The notes below the pieces were generated by a model. The model made no database searches. It was not told the origin of the DNA and worked only from the letters and a program-made list of their open reading frames with translations. This document shows, in pieces, positions 10,680-20,172 of a DNA stretch of 45,096 nucleotides. Origin of the DNA: Saprospiraceae bacterium. GTDB taxonomy: Bacteria; Bacteroidota; Bacteroidia; Chitinophagales; Saprospiraceae. Each line of letters starts with the position of its first letter. Within the stretch, counting starts at the first letter, position 1. Location of the stretch: contig JAHDBE010000003.1 of NCBI GenBank assembly GCA_020630555.1, positions 1-45,096 on the forward strand, read 5' to 3'. A program made the translations under genes and the position numbers.

Positions 10680-11411
10680 TTAAGACTGGTTTATAAATTT
10701 TAGGAAACTAGATTTTCGTCGAATCGCTATAGGAAGACTTACATTTCCATAAACTTTTATTTCACCTCCACGACCTCTTTCGATTTGTTCGACTTTATCT
10801 TTGTGGACTAAATATGATTTGTGAATTCTGAAAAAACTATGATCTGGAAGCAAATCTTCATAATAAGAAATGGGATACGGACCTATATGAGAGCCATTGC
10901 TTAGGGTATGAAAAATCGTATAGGACCTATTGGCCTCTAGATAATTAATATCGTCTAATGGAATCACATGATGCTGATTGTTTCGCATCAATACGATGTG
11001 ATTAGGTTCTTCTTTTTTATTAGTGTTTGTTTCGATAAAGCTCTGAGATGCTTTAGAAATAACTTTAACTTTTATTATGGCCTCTTTTAATTCTTCGACA
11101 TCAATGGGTTTTAAAATATAATCTAACGCCGCAAACTTTATAGCTTGGATCGCGTATTGATCATAGCCAGTGATAAAAATGATCTTATATTCTAAATGAT
11201 TGATTTCCTTCAAAATTTGAAAACTGTTACCCCCTTTTATTTCGACATCTAGTAACAGGAGTTCGGGTTTTTCTTTTTTAATAAGATTAATTCCCTGCTT
11301 AACATTTTCTGCTTCACCAATAATTTCAATATTGGAGCAATAAGTATCCAGCATATGCCTTAGGACTTCACGGCTGTTTTTTTCGTCTTCTATAATTAGA
11401 GTACGTATCAT
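10680..11411 (-). CDS. LytR/AlgR family response regulator (REC plus LytTR DNA-binding domain)
   Basis: The N-terminal receiver reads IIEDE...LLLLDVEI. The C-terminal LytTR pattern reads I.YLEA..SYT.FH......FFRIHKSYLV. Confidence 0.9.
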   Translation of the reverse strand: MIRTLIIEDEKNSREVLRHMLDTYCSNIEIIGEAENVKQGINLIKKEKPELLLLDVEIKGGNSFQILKEINHLEYKIIFITGYDQYAIQAIKFAALDYILKPIDVEELKEAIIKVKVISKASQSFIETNTNKKEEPNHIVLMRNNQHHVIPLDDINYLEANRSYTIFHTLSNGSHIGPYPISYYEDLLPDHSFFRIHKSYLVHKDKVEQIERGRGGEIKVYGNVSLPIAIRRKSSFLKFINQS

Positions 11412-11412
11412 G

Positions 11413-14316
11413 TTAGTTTGCAGTTTGTAAAACGAATAATACTTCTAAACCGATTATATCATCTCCCTCTGTTAAGTTTTGAATCTTGACGGATGAACTT
11501 CCGTTTTTATTTGATTCATTTAACAGATTAATTCGATTTTTAATAATGTTCAAACCAAGCGAATCGTGATCTGTCGTCGTCTTGATTTTACCAAATTTAA
11601 TCCCAGGTCCATTGTCTGTGATCTTGATAAAGACGTGTTCATCATCTACTGATGAGATTTCCATTTTCAAAATCCCTTTTTTAGTAATATTCATAAAAGC
11701 GTGCTTTACCGAATTTTCCAAGACAGGTTGGAGGAGTAAAGAAGGGATTAAAATAGATTTTGTAGGGATCTTTTCATCTATATCAATAATAAACTCAAAG
11801 TTTTCGTCAAAACGCAAGGATTCAAGTTCGATGTAAGATTTAAGAAATTCAAGTTCATCTTCCAAAGGAATATAATTCAAGCGGGAATACTGAAGACTAT
11901 TTCTAATGAGTCGAGAGAATTTAGACAAATAATAATTGGCTTTTAAAACATCTTTTTTGAAGATGAAATTTTGAATAGAATTAAGTGCATTAAAAATAAA
12001 ATGAGGATTCATCTGATTCCGAAGAGCACTAAGTTCAGCTTCCCTTATTTTTAATTCTGCATTTTCTAAATCGGCTTTTAATTTGGTTCGTCTCCGTACC
12101 TCAAAAATTATAGCTAAGACGATGGCATTCAGTAAAAGAAGCATCAATAGCTTAAACCAAAAGGTTTCTACAAAAGGTTTTTCGATAATAAACTTTTGGA
12201 CAGCACTGGGACTCCATACTCCGTCTATATTTCTAGCTTGTACTTCGAAAGTGTATTCACCGCTGGGAAGGTTATAGGTAGAATAAAACGGATCGTTTGA
12301 ATACTCCCAGTTGATTTTTTCTTGACTCGATACATCGTTAATGCGTAATCTATAGAGTGGATTAGTGGCATCTCTTAAAAACGAATTACTCGAAAACTCG
12401 ATTCGAAGATCATTTTGATTAGGTTTAAGGGTAATCGTTTTATCCAAATCATTAAACCTGTCTTTCCCGACTGAAAGCAAATCAATATCGACATTATTTA
12501 ATTCGTAGGATTTATCCATAATCCGAGTTTCAAAATAACTCACGCCAGAGTTGGTCGAAGCCCAGATCATACTATCCATTACAGTAACTCCGGTGATATA
12601 ATCCGAACTCAGACCATGTCTTGAGTTTATATTCTGTATTTTCCTCAGTTTAGCTTGATTACCCTTAATTGAAAAGTGAAGCCTTGAAAGACCTGAATTA
12701 GAGGCCATTAAAATAACTGAATCATTTTCCGCGTGAATGTCATTTATTAAATCACTGTTTAGTCCATCAACTGTAGTCCAATGATTAATAGTGTCAGCTG
12801 TTATGTAGTATAATCCCTGGCCAAGAGTACTTACCCAAATATTTTCTTCATCAATCCAAAAATCACTTACACGCCCAACACTTTGACCATTTTCTAATGT
12901 GATCTCATTTAAATGCGAATAGTCAAAATTGTCAATTGTAAAAAGACCATCTCTTGAGGCAATCCATATGCGTTTATTAATCCCCTCAGAAGCTTTAACA
13001 GCGGGGATATAAAAAGAATTTTTTCCTTTTATCGTATTTATTTTAAAAAATGTAGATGTATAAACTATGCTGTCTCCATTGGATAAGAATTTTAAGAGTA
13101 TGGGTTGCTGGTATCCTTCTATTTTCTTTATACCTGATTCAGTAACTCGAAAATTGAGACCGTTAGGTACATAAAGCTCGTCTTTCTCAGGATCATGTTC
13201 AAGAAAACGTACCTGAGCACTACCACGCTTAATCATTCTAGTGAGTATACTATACTCTAGACTTTTATTTAATTGATACACATAGCCATCAGAACTCCCA
13301 ACGAATACATAATCTTTAATCGAGGCTATACTTAAGTAGCGCTCTTTAGGGTTATCTGTATTCCAAACACGAATGTCAAAATTAGGAATTAAATACACAC
13401 CAGACTCTAGAGTACTTATCCAGAGGGATCCGTTTTTATCCTTTTGAATATCCGTAATATGAGAATTCTTAAAGTGGATCTTTTGCGTATCTTCTAAGAA
13501 ATTATACTCAATTAAACCCTTTGTGGTCGCTAAAAAAATTCTGTTTTCACCATCTTGGAAAATGCATGTAATAATAGCATCGAATTCCTTTATTAATCTA
13601 GTTTCTCCTCTTGAATCTGTAAAATAGAGACGGTTATTGCTAAAAGTAAAATGAACGGACTCATCAGCAAGAAAAATCCTCCCTCTATAACGAGCAAGAA
13701 GTTTTCCTTTTTTTAATGCTTTGAAAAAAACGTCAATATCTTCATTTATTAAAAGATGCTCTTCAAGTCTATAAATCACAATTTTATCATCTTCAAATTC
13801 CTTTTGGGCCTCTGACTTCTGATCATTGTATAACACTTTAGGTTCTTCAAGGAGTTTAAACTCAATATGTCTGCCTTTGAAGTCTCTATGTTTGGTCAGA
13901 ACATAGGTTCCATCTGTTTTTTGACCCATCGACTGGATCCATGAATTTCCAACTTCGCTCAAATACCCCCTCAAGCTATCGTTGTGTGCATATTGTTTAA
14001 ATATACCTCCTTCAAAATAGCTTAATTCTCCGTTAAATCCATTAAACCACAAACGTTCTTGACGATCCTTGAAAATCCCAAAATTCGTATTATCCGCCAG
14101 TCCATCCTTCGTCGTATAGGTCACAAATTCGGATCCGTCATAGGTACATACGCCACGATCTGTAGTAATCCACAGTAGTCCTGAGGAATCTATTTCTAAG
14201 CCATATACCTCATTGCTCGGGAGGCCATCCTCTGTTTTAAATTGGATGTAGGACGGTGACTGGGCATGACAGTTAATTACCCAGAGAATAGATAGTATGA
14301 AAATGAGTTTTCTCAA
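11413..14316 (-). CDS. Sensor histidine kinase with periplasmic two-component-regulator propeller repeats, Y_Y_Y domain, one TM helix and LytS/YehU-type His_kinase plus HATPase_c
   Basis: There is a signal peptide. GL.SN.V repeats recur through aa 30-560. The Y_Y_Y-like segment is YRLRINDVSS...YTFEVQARNIDGVWS. The TM segment is FWFKLLMLLLLNAIVLAIIF. NPHFIFNALNSI is the PF06580 H-box. The ATPase segment is TDNGPGI...GLNIIKNRI. Its stop is 1 nt from the regulator start, so the two form an operon. Confidence 0.9.
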   Translation of the reverse strand: MRKLIFILSILWVINCHAQSPSYIQFKTEDGLPSNEVYGLEIDSSGLLWITTDRGVCTYDGSEFVTYTTKDGLADNTNFGIFKDRQERLWFNGFNGELSYFEGGIFKQYAHNDSLRGYLSEVGNSWIQSMGQKTDGTYVLTKHRDFKGRHIEFKLLEEPKVLYNDQKSEAQKEFEDDKIVIYRLEEHLLINEDIDVFFKALKKGKLLARYRGRIFLADESVHFTFSNNRLYFTDSRGETRLIKEFDAIITCIFQDGENRIFLATTKGLIEYNFLEDTQKIHFKNSHITDIQKDKNGSLWISTLESGVYLIPNFDIRVWNTDNPKERYLSIASIKDYVFVGSSDGYVYQLNKSLEYSILTRMIKRGSAQVRFLEHDPEKDELYVPNGLNFRVTESGIKKIEGYQQPILLKFLSNGDSIVYTSTFFKINTIKGKNSFYIPAVKASEGINKRIWIASRDGLFTIDNFDYSHLNEITLENGQSVGRVSDFWIDEENIWVSTLGQGLYYITADTINHWTTVDGLNSDLINDIHAENDSVILMASNSGLSRLHFSIKGNQAKLRKIQNINSRHGLSSDYITGVTVMDSMIWASTNSGVSYFETRIMDKSYELNNVDIDLLSVGKDRFNDLDKTITLKPNQNDLRIEFSSNSFLRDATNPLYRLRINDVSSQEKINWEYSNDPFYSTYNLPSGEYTFEVQARNIDGVWSPSAVQKFIIEKPFVETFWFKLLMLLLLNAIVLAIIFEVRRRTKLKADLENAELKIREAELSALRNQMNPHFIFNALNSIQNFIFKKDVLKANYYLSKFSRLIRNSLQYSRLNYIPLEDELEFLKSYIELESLRFDENFEFIIDIDEKIPTKSILIPSLLLQPVLENSVKHAFMNITKKGILKMEISSVDDEHVFIKITDNGPGIKFGKIKTTTDHDSLGLNIIKNRINLLNESNKNGSSSVKIQNLTEGDDIIGLEVLFVLQTAN

Positions 14317-14365
14317 TACACCTAAAATAAGGAATGGAAAGATGAATCAATAAGGACGAGTATGC

Positions 14366-15745
14366 TTATTTCCCAATACAAAAACTACTAAAGATCTTCT
14401 CCAATAGATCATCGGTGGATATCTCTCCAGTGATCTCGCCTAAATGCTGAGTAGCCTGGCGAATATCCATAGCCACAAAATCCGAACTTACGCCATTGTC
14501 AATCCCTTGCTGTACTCTATTTAAAGCCTCCTTGGTCGAATACAAAGAATTGTAATGCCTTTGATTGCTAATTAAAACTTGATCCATTTTTATATGCCCG
14601 TCTAAGACAAAATCGTGTAACCGTTCTTTGATAAAAGGGACATTCATTTTATTTAGAGCAGATGCGCTAATAATTCTTTCCGATGGAATCCAGTCACTAT
14701 GGATATACTCCTCCGGTTTTACATAAGGATTGAGATCCATTTTGTTAAGGATCAAAAAACAACTGTCCACATTTAGATTGGCGTCTTTTAGCTCTTCCCA
14801 TGCTTGCTCAGGTGTCGTTTGACTTGCGTCAATGAGGTAAAGCGAGATCTGAGATCGTGCAATTTTATCTTTGGTCTTTTCTATGCCGATTACTTCGATT
14901 TTATCTTCGGCATTTCTAATTCCGGCAGTATCCACAAAATGAAATAATACGCCATCTATGTTTATAGATTCTTCAATGGTATCTCTCGTCGTCCCTGGAA
15001 TGTCCGAAACTATAGCACGATCTTCTTCAAGTAAAGCATTTAGAAGGGTGGACTTACCTGCATTTGGCCTTCCGGCAATGACCGTTTGAACACCGTTTTT
15101 TAAAACATTCCCCAGTTTGAATGAGTCTAACAAATTTCCAACGACCAATGAAATCCTTTTGACAAGCTCGATCAATTCATCTCGATTTGCAAATTCCACA
15201 TCTTCTTCACCAAAATCTAATTCCAATTCGATCATGCTCGCAAAATGAACAAGCTGGTCTCGAAGATTTTTAATCTTTTCTGAAACACCCCCACGCATCT
15301 GATTCATAGCTAATCGATGTGTGGATTCATTTTCTGATGCGATTAAATCAGCCACAGCTTCTGCTTGAGATAAATCGAGTTGGCCATTTAAGAAAGCCCT
15401 CATCGTAAACTCACCCGGATTTGCTTGCCTTACTCCGTGACGAATAAATAGTTGGACAATCTCCGATAAAATATACGAAGATCCATGACAGGATAGCTCC
15501 ACCACGTTTTCACGGGTATAAGATCTCGGTCCAATAAAAACCGTGGCTAAACATTCATCTAAAATCTGATCGCTTTCATTTTTAATCTTGCCGTAATGCA
15601 CAGTATGAGAAGACACTTTATTTAAATTACGACCAAAAAAAAATTGGTCCGTTATTTCTATAGCTTTTGGGCCAGAAATGCGAATGACGCCTATTGCTCC
15701 CTGGGGTGCGGTCCCTATCGCTATTATGGTATCGTTATTTATCAC
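14366..15745 (-). CDS. mnmE: tRNA uridine-5-carboxymethylaminomethyl modification GTPase MnmE
   Basis: DTIIAIGTAPQGAIGVIRISG at the N-terminus, the G-domain GRPNAGKSTLLNAL / DTAG / NKMD, and the C-terminal FCIGK are all hallmarks of MnmE. Confidence 0.95.
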   Translation of the reverse strand: MINNDTIIAIGTAPQGAIGVIRISGPKAIEITDQFFFGRNLNKVSSHTVHYGKIKNESDQILDECLATVFIGPRSYTRENVVELSCHGSSYILSEIVQLFIRHGVRQANPGEFTMRAFLNGQLDLSQAEAVADLIASENESTHRLAMNQMRGGVSEKIKNLRDQLVHFASMIELELDFGEEDVEFANRDELIELVKRISLVVGNLLDSFKLGNVLKNGVQTVIAGRPNAGKSTLLNALLEEDRAIVSDIPGTTRDTIEESINIDGVLFHFVDTAGIRNAEDKIEVIGIEKTKDKIARSQISLYLIDASQTTPEQAWEELKDANLNVDSCFLILNKMDLNPYVKPEEYIHSDWIPSERIISASALNKMNVPFIKERLHDFVLDGHIKMDQVLISNQRHYNSLYSTKEALNRVQQGIDNGVSSDFVAMDIRQATQHLGEITGEISTDDLLEKIFSSFCIGK

Positions 15746-15826
15746 AGTCTCGAAATTAGATAATATTCATATCCTGAGAAATTTATTCACTGACCAATGT
15801 ATCTTCGTGAAGCTATAAAATGTTAT

Positions 15827-16636
15827 ATGGAAATAGTTAAACATAAATTATACATAAGCTTCATCGTACTTTGTACGTTAGTAAGCTACTCGTGCAAAAA
15901 GGAAAATTTAAATTCCCCTAGTACAGCTCAAACCTCACAAATAGAGCCTAAATCTACTTCGGAATATGATGATCACGGGACTTCCTTAGATCTCGTGAAA
16001 GAAAGTATTGATCTGAACGGTGGTTGGGACAACTATCTTTCAGCCCGAAATATATTTATAGGTCAGGAAAAGACCTTTTTTGATTCTCTTGGAAACCAAG
16101 TAGATGCGCGCAAAGATTACGTGTACCTTAATATGGAGGAGGGTTTTCGAGGAAATATTTACTGGATTGATGGACAAGATTCTCATTCGATTCAATACGG
16201 AAATGGGGTTATTGAATATTTAGTCTCCGATAAAAATGTGACCGACGCCACCAATGCTAAACCAAGTGCGCAGATATACTTTGTCAATGTTTTATCCATT
16301 CTTAATAGCTTTCTCATTAAGGGAAATGCCGGAAGTTTCGTACCTATTGAATCTATTGAATTAGATGGTGTGAGTTTGACAGGAATTTCAGGTCATGTGG
16401 CATTTGAACGTGCATTGGGTTTACCAAAAAGTAAAGTGGATTTATTCTTTGACGAAAGTCAATTAAAAATCATCCGTGTAAATAGCGATACAGGGGTCCT
16501 CTGGATGGAGTTGGAAGGACGATCGGAACATAAGAATCTTATGCTCCCTGAAAAAATCGTAAATTATAGCGTAGATGCTATGGGCAAGCGAACCCATAAA
16601 ATCTCTGAATACAAAAATAATTACGGCGAACGCTAA
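15827..16636 (+). CDS. hypothetical protein, probable lipoprotein
   Basis: The ORF has a hydrophobic leader ISFIVLCTLVSYSCKKEN. No family was recognised. The start is chosen at MEIVKHK (15827); the track start is 15797. Confidence 0.55.
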   Translation: MEIVKHKLYISFIVLCTLVSYSCKKENLNSPSTAQTSQIEPKSTSEYDDHGTSLDLVKESIDLNGGWDNYLSARNIFIGQEKTFFDSLGNQVDARKDYVYLNMEEGFRGNIYWIDGQDSHSIQYGNGVIEYLVSDKNVTDATNAKPSAQIYFVNVLSILNSFLIKGNAGSFVPIESIELDGVSLTGISGHVAFERALGLPKSKVDLFFDESQLKIIRVNSDTGVLWMELEGRSEHKNLMLPEKIVNYSVDAMGKRTHKISEYKNNYGER

Positions 16637-16648
16637 ACTTTGGACAAC

Positions 16649-16691
16649 TTGTTTTGTTTAATTATTTTGTATCAAAAGTTAAACAAAACAA
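16649..16691. promoter_or_regulatory. Perfect 13-bp inverted repeat TTGTTTTGTTTAA-N17-TTAAACAAAACAA ending 6 nt before the crtI GTG start
   Basis: Read directly. The arms are 16649..16661 and 16679..16691. Its function (operator, leader hairpin or terminator of the upstream gene) is not determined. Confidence 0.4.
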
Positions 16692-16697
16692 ACAAAC

Positions 16698-18161
16698 GTG
16701 TCTAAACGCATCGCCATTCTGGGAGCTGGAATATCCGGTATCGCTGCAGGTAGTTTTCTTGCTAGAGACGGATATGAAGTACAAATCATAGAGAAAAATA
16801 AGGACATTGGAGGAAGGTGTCGGCAGTTCTCGGACAGAGGGTTTCACTTCGACATGGGTCCTAGCTGGTACTGGATGCCAGATGTTTTTGAAAGATATTT
16901 TAATCAATTCGGGGCTGATGTCAACGAGCTTCTTGACTTAAGACGATTGGATCCTAGTTATCGCGTCTTCTTTGAGGATGGACCTCTAGATATTCCTGCA
17001 AACTTTGACGAGCTTAAAACATTGTTTGATTCTTTGGAATCTGGGGCAGGGGATAAACTCGCTTCTTTTTTGGCGGAAGCCGAAAAGAAATACAAAATAA
17101 GTATGGCGGATCTGGTTTTTAGACCCTCTTTATCCGCGTTAGAATTTGTCAATTGGAATGTTTTAAAGTCTCTATTTTCTATGGATCTTTTCCAAAGTTT
17201 TGAGACACACACGAAAAAATATTTTAAGAATCCTAAGCTCCTTCAATTAATGGAGTTTCCGATTTTGTTTCTTGGTGCCACCGCAAAATCGACACCCGCC
17301 CTATACAGCCTAATGAATTATGCTGATATCAAACTCGGGACTTGGTATCCTATGGGCGGTATGTATGAATTAATCCGTGCGATGCGCCAAGTCGCCGAGG
17401 AGCAAGGCGTAAAATTTGTCACAGATTCTGAAATTCACAGTTTTGACTTTCGTCAAAAAGAAATGACTTCCGCAAATAATGGAACCGCCAAATATAATGC
17501 GGATGCTTTTATAGCTGCCATGGACTATAGACATATGGATAGGCTTTTAGGGCATGAAAGCAACTATAAAGAAGACTATTGGGATAAGCGTAAACTTGCC
17601 CCTTCATCCTTACTTTTTTATCTCGGTATAAATAAAAAAATAGATGGACTCGAACATCACAATCTATTTTTTGATACCGATTTTGGTTTGCATGCTCATG
17701 AAATTTATCACGACCCTAAATGGCCAACATCACCTTTATTCTATGTTTGTTGCCCATCTAAAACCGACCCGAGTGTCGCGCCAGTGGATCATGAAAACCT
17801 CTTTTTACTGATGCCTATTGCCCCTGGGTTAGAAGATTCTGAGGAGTTAAGAGAAGAGTATTATCAACTCATGATAAAACGTCTAGAATCCCAACTCGGA
17901 ACATCTATAAAAGAGCATGTTATAGTAAAGCATAGTTACTGTAAAAAAGACTTCGAGGCAGATTATCATGCCTTCAAAGGAAATGCTTATGGACTGGCGA
18001 ACGTCCTAACTCAAACCGCTATTCTTAAGCCACGCATGAAACATAAAAAGATTAAGAATTTGTATTACACTGGACAATTGACTGTACCCGGCCCAGGTAT
18101 GCCGCCCTCATTAATCAGTGGAGAAATTGTGGCAGAATTAATAAAGAAAGAAACTCACTAA
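16698..18161 (+). CDS. crtI: phytoene desaturase
   Basis: The N-terminal FAD fold is KRIAILGAGISGIAAG...E.N...GGR. Length is ~487 aa. There is a GTG start. The gene lies directly upstream of crtB, crtZ and the cyclase. Confidence 0.9.
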   Translation: MSKRIAILGAGISGIAAGSFLARDGYEVQIIEKNKDIGGRCRQFSDRGFHFDMGPSWYWMPDVFERYFNQFGADVNELLDLRRLDPSYRVFFEDGPLDIPANFDELKTLFDSLESGAGDKLASFLAEAEKKYKISMADLVFRPSLSALEFVNWNVLKSLFSMDLFQSFETHTKKYFKNPKLLQLMEFPILFLGATAKSTPALYSLMNYADIKLGTWYPMGGMYELIRAMRQVAEEQGVKFVTDSEIHSFDFRQKEMTSANNGTAKYNADAFIAAMDYRHMDRLLGHESNYKEDYWDKRKLAPSSLLFYLGINKKIDGLEHHNLFFDTDFGLHAHEIYHDPKWPTSPLFYVCCPSKTDPSVAPVDHENLFLLMPIAPGLEDSEELREEYYQLMIKRLESQLGTSIKEHVIVKHSYCKKDFEADYHAFKGNAYGLANVLTQTAILKPRMKHKKIKNLYYTGQLTVPGPGMPPSLISGEIVAELIKKETH

Positions 18162-18177
18162 CGGAATAAACACTATC

Positions 18178-19014
18178 ATGAAAAGCCTGTACGACCAGAT
18201 CAGTTACGAAACGAGCGAACATCTTACCAAAGAGTATAGCACCTCGTTTTCCTTATCTATCCTATTGATGCCCAAGAAACTAAGGAAAGCCATTTATGCC
18301 ATTTATGGATTTGTGCGTGTAGCGGACGAAATCGTGGATACTTTTCTTGATTACGATCAAGGAAATATGCTTAATGAATTTAAAGACGAAACCTATAAAG
18401 CCATTGAAAGAGGTATAAGTACCAATCCAGTCCTTCATTGTTTTCAAGAAGTGGTGAGAAAATATAACATAGACCATGAGTTGATTGATGCGTTTCTTCA
18501 TAGCATGGAAATGGACTTGTACCGATCTCAGCATGATCAGTCGACCTATGAGGAATATATTTACGGTTCGGCAGAAGTGGTCGGATTGATGTGTTTGAAA
18601 GTCTTTCTTAATGGGGACGAGGCCGAGTATTTACGCTTAAAACCAACGGCTAAAAGTCTTGGTTCCGCTTTCCAGAAAGTAAATTTTCTTCGTGACATGA
18701 AACACGATTACCAAAATTTAGAGCGTGTGTATTTTCCAGGGATGGACATGGTGAGTTTAAGTCCAGAACAAATGAAGGCCATTTACGATGATATTGAAAA
18801 AGATTTTGATTACGCCTTAGAAGGAATCGAACAATTACCTAAATCATCAAGAGGAGCAGTGTATATCGCGTACAAATATTACCGTCGACTATTCGCAAAA
18901 ATCCGAAAGATGGATACGCAAAAAGCCTTTGATCAAAGAATCAGAATACCCAATGCCATCAAATTCAGAATCCTGTGTTCTTCATATCTTCGTCATCAGC
19001 TAAACGTGTTGTAG
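18178..19014 (+). CDS. crtB: phytoene synthase
   Basis: The squalene/phytoene synthase pattern is present: YSTSFSL..., YAIYGFVRVADEIVD (first Asp-rich motif), and YIYGSAEVVGLM...QKVNFLRDMKHD. Confidence 0.9.
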   Translation: MKSLYDQISYETSEHLTKEYSTSFSLSILLMPKKLRKAIYAIYGFVRVADEIVDTFLDYDQGNMLNEFKDETYKAIERGISTNPVLHCFQEVVRKYNIDHELIDAFLHSMEMDLYRSQHDQSTYEEYIYGSAEVVGLMCLKVFLNGDEAEYLRLKPTAKSLGSAFQKVNFLRDMKHDYQNLERVYFPGMDMVSLSPEQMKAIYDDIEKDFDYALEGIEQLPKSSRGAVYIAYKYYRRLFAKIRKMDTQKAFDQRIRIPNAIKFRILCSSYLRHQLNVL

Positions 19015-19015
19015 T

Positions 19016-19474
19016 ATGTGGATTAACTTTTTAATTTTCCTTGGTGTCTTTTTACTAATGGAGGGTATCACGTGGTGCACTCATAAATTTGTGATGCATG
19101 GTTTTTTGTGGATACTTCACGAAGACCATCATGTGCCGCACAACCACTTTTTTGAAAAAAATGATGCGTTCTTCTTAATCTTTGCTATTCCCAGTTTTCT
19201 TCTGATCCTGTTTGGCTCATTAAATGGATTTGATTGGAGAGCCTTCGTAGGATTTGGAATTATGGCCTATGGTCTAGCGTATTTTTTAGTCCATGACGTA
19301 CTTATTCATCGTCGCTTTAAATGGTTTGATAAAACTAAAAATCCGTATTTCCGTGCCTTGAGAAAAGCACATAAAGTACATCACAAACATTTAGGAAAAG
19401 AGCATGGAGAATGTTTTGGTATGCTATACGTTCCTAAAAAATATTTTGTCGAGGCATTTAATTCGAAAAAATGA
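19016..19474 (+). CDS. crtZ: beta-carotene 3-hydroxylase
   Basis: Fatty-acid-hydroxylase His boxes are present: HKFVMH, HEDHH, HDVLIH, HKVHHKH. Length is ~150 aa. Placement is within the crt operon. Confidence 0.9.
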   Translation: MWINFLIFLGVFLLMEGITWCTHKFVMHGFLWILHEDHHVPHNHFFEKNDAFFLIFAIPSFLLILFGSLNGFDWRAFVGFGIMAYGLAYFLVHDVLIHRRFKWFDKTKNPYFRALRKAHKVHHKHLGKEHGECFGMLYVPKKYFVEAFNSKK

Positions 19475-20172
19475 AATGGGCATATCTGCTGATTAATTTT
19501 TTCTCGATCCTTGTTCCCTTTATTTATAGCTTCGATCCAAGATTAAAGTTTTACAAAAATTGGAAGTATTTAATTCCATCTACCTTGATAGTAGGATTGA
19601 TTTTTATCGCCTGGGATGTCTTGTTTACGAAGTGGGGTGTTTGGGGATTTAACCCGACCTACCTCATTGGCATGGATCTAATAAATCTCCCCATTGAAGA
19701 ATGGTTGTTTTTTATTTGTATTCCTTATGCCTGTGTTTTTACTTATGAATGCCTTTTTTATTTTATTAAAAACCCTATTCGACTTTCGTCAAGGCATATT
19801 TCGATCAGTTTAGCTTTTGTTTTGATAATCATTGTTCTTTTTAACCTTGATAAGGCATATACAAGTACGGCCCTAAGTTTATGTGCTGGATTAATTTTAG
19901 TAGCTGAGTTTGTTTTAAAAGCACAATACTTAAATCGGTTTTACTTTTCTTTTCTAATCATACTGATCCCATTCTTCATTGTAAATGGTTTATTGACAGG
20001 GTCATGGATTCCTGATCAAATTGTTTGGTACAATGACCAAGAAAACTTGGGCATTCGCATGGGGACAATTCCAGTAGAAGATACCTTCTATGGCATGGCG
20101 ATGTTGTTAGGGAATGTTATGATTTATGAATGGTTAAAGGAGCTAAAGTATCCGGAAAATATGTTTCGCTAA
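19471..20172 (+). CDS. lycopene cyclase domain-containing protein (fused CrtYc/CrtYd-type lycopene beta-cyclase)
   Basis: 233-aa polytopic membrane protein with two PxEE(W/D)-type motifs (LPIEEWLFF and IPVEDTFYG). An ATGA overlap joins it to crtZ. Confidence 0.8.
   Translation: MKWAYLLINFFSILVPFIYSFDPRLKFYKNWKYLIPSTLIVGLIFIAWDVLFTKWGVWGFNPTYLIGMDLINLPIEEWLFFICIPYACVFTYECLFYFIKNPIRLSSRHISISLAFVLIIIVLFNLDKAYTSTALSLCAGLILVAEFVLKAQYLNRFYFSFLIILIPFFIVNGLLTGSWIPDQIVWYNDQENLGIRMGTIPVEDTFYGMAMLLGNVMIYEWLKELKYPENMFR

Noticed and set aside
16698-20172. Carotenoid cluster as a possible novel pathway
   Set aside because: The gene content and order (crtI, crtB, crtZ, fused lycopene cyclase) are the canonical flavobacterial zeaxanthin set. 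Only the upstream inverted repeat is reported.
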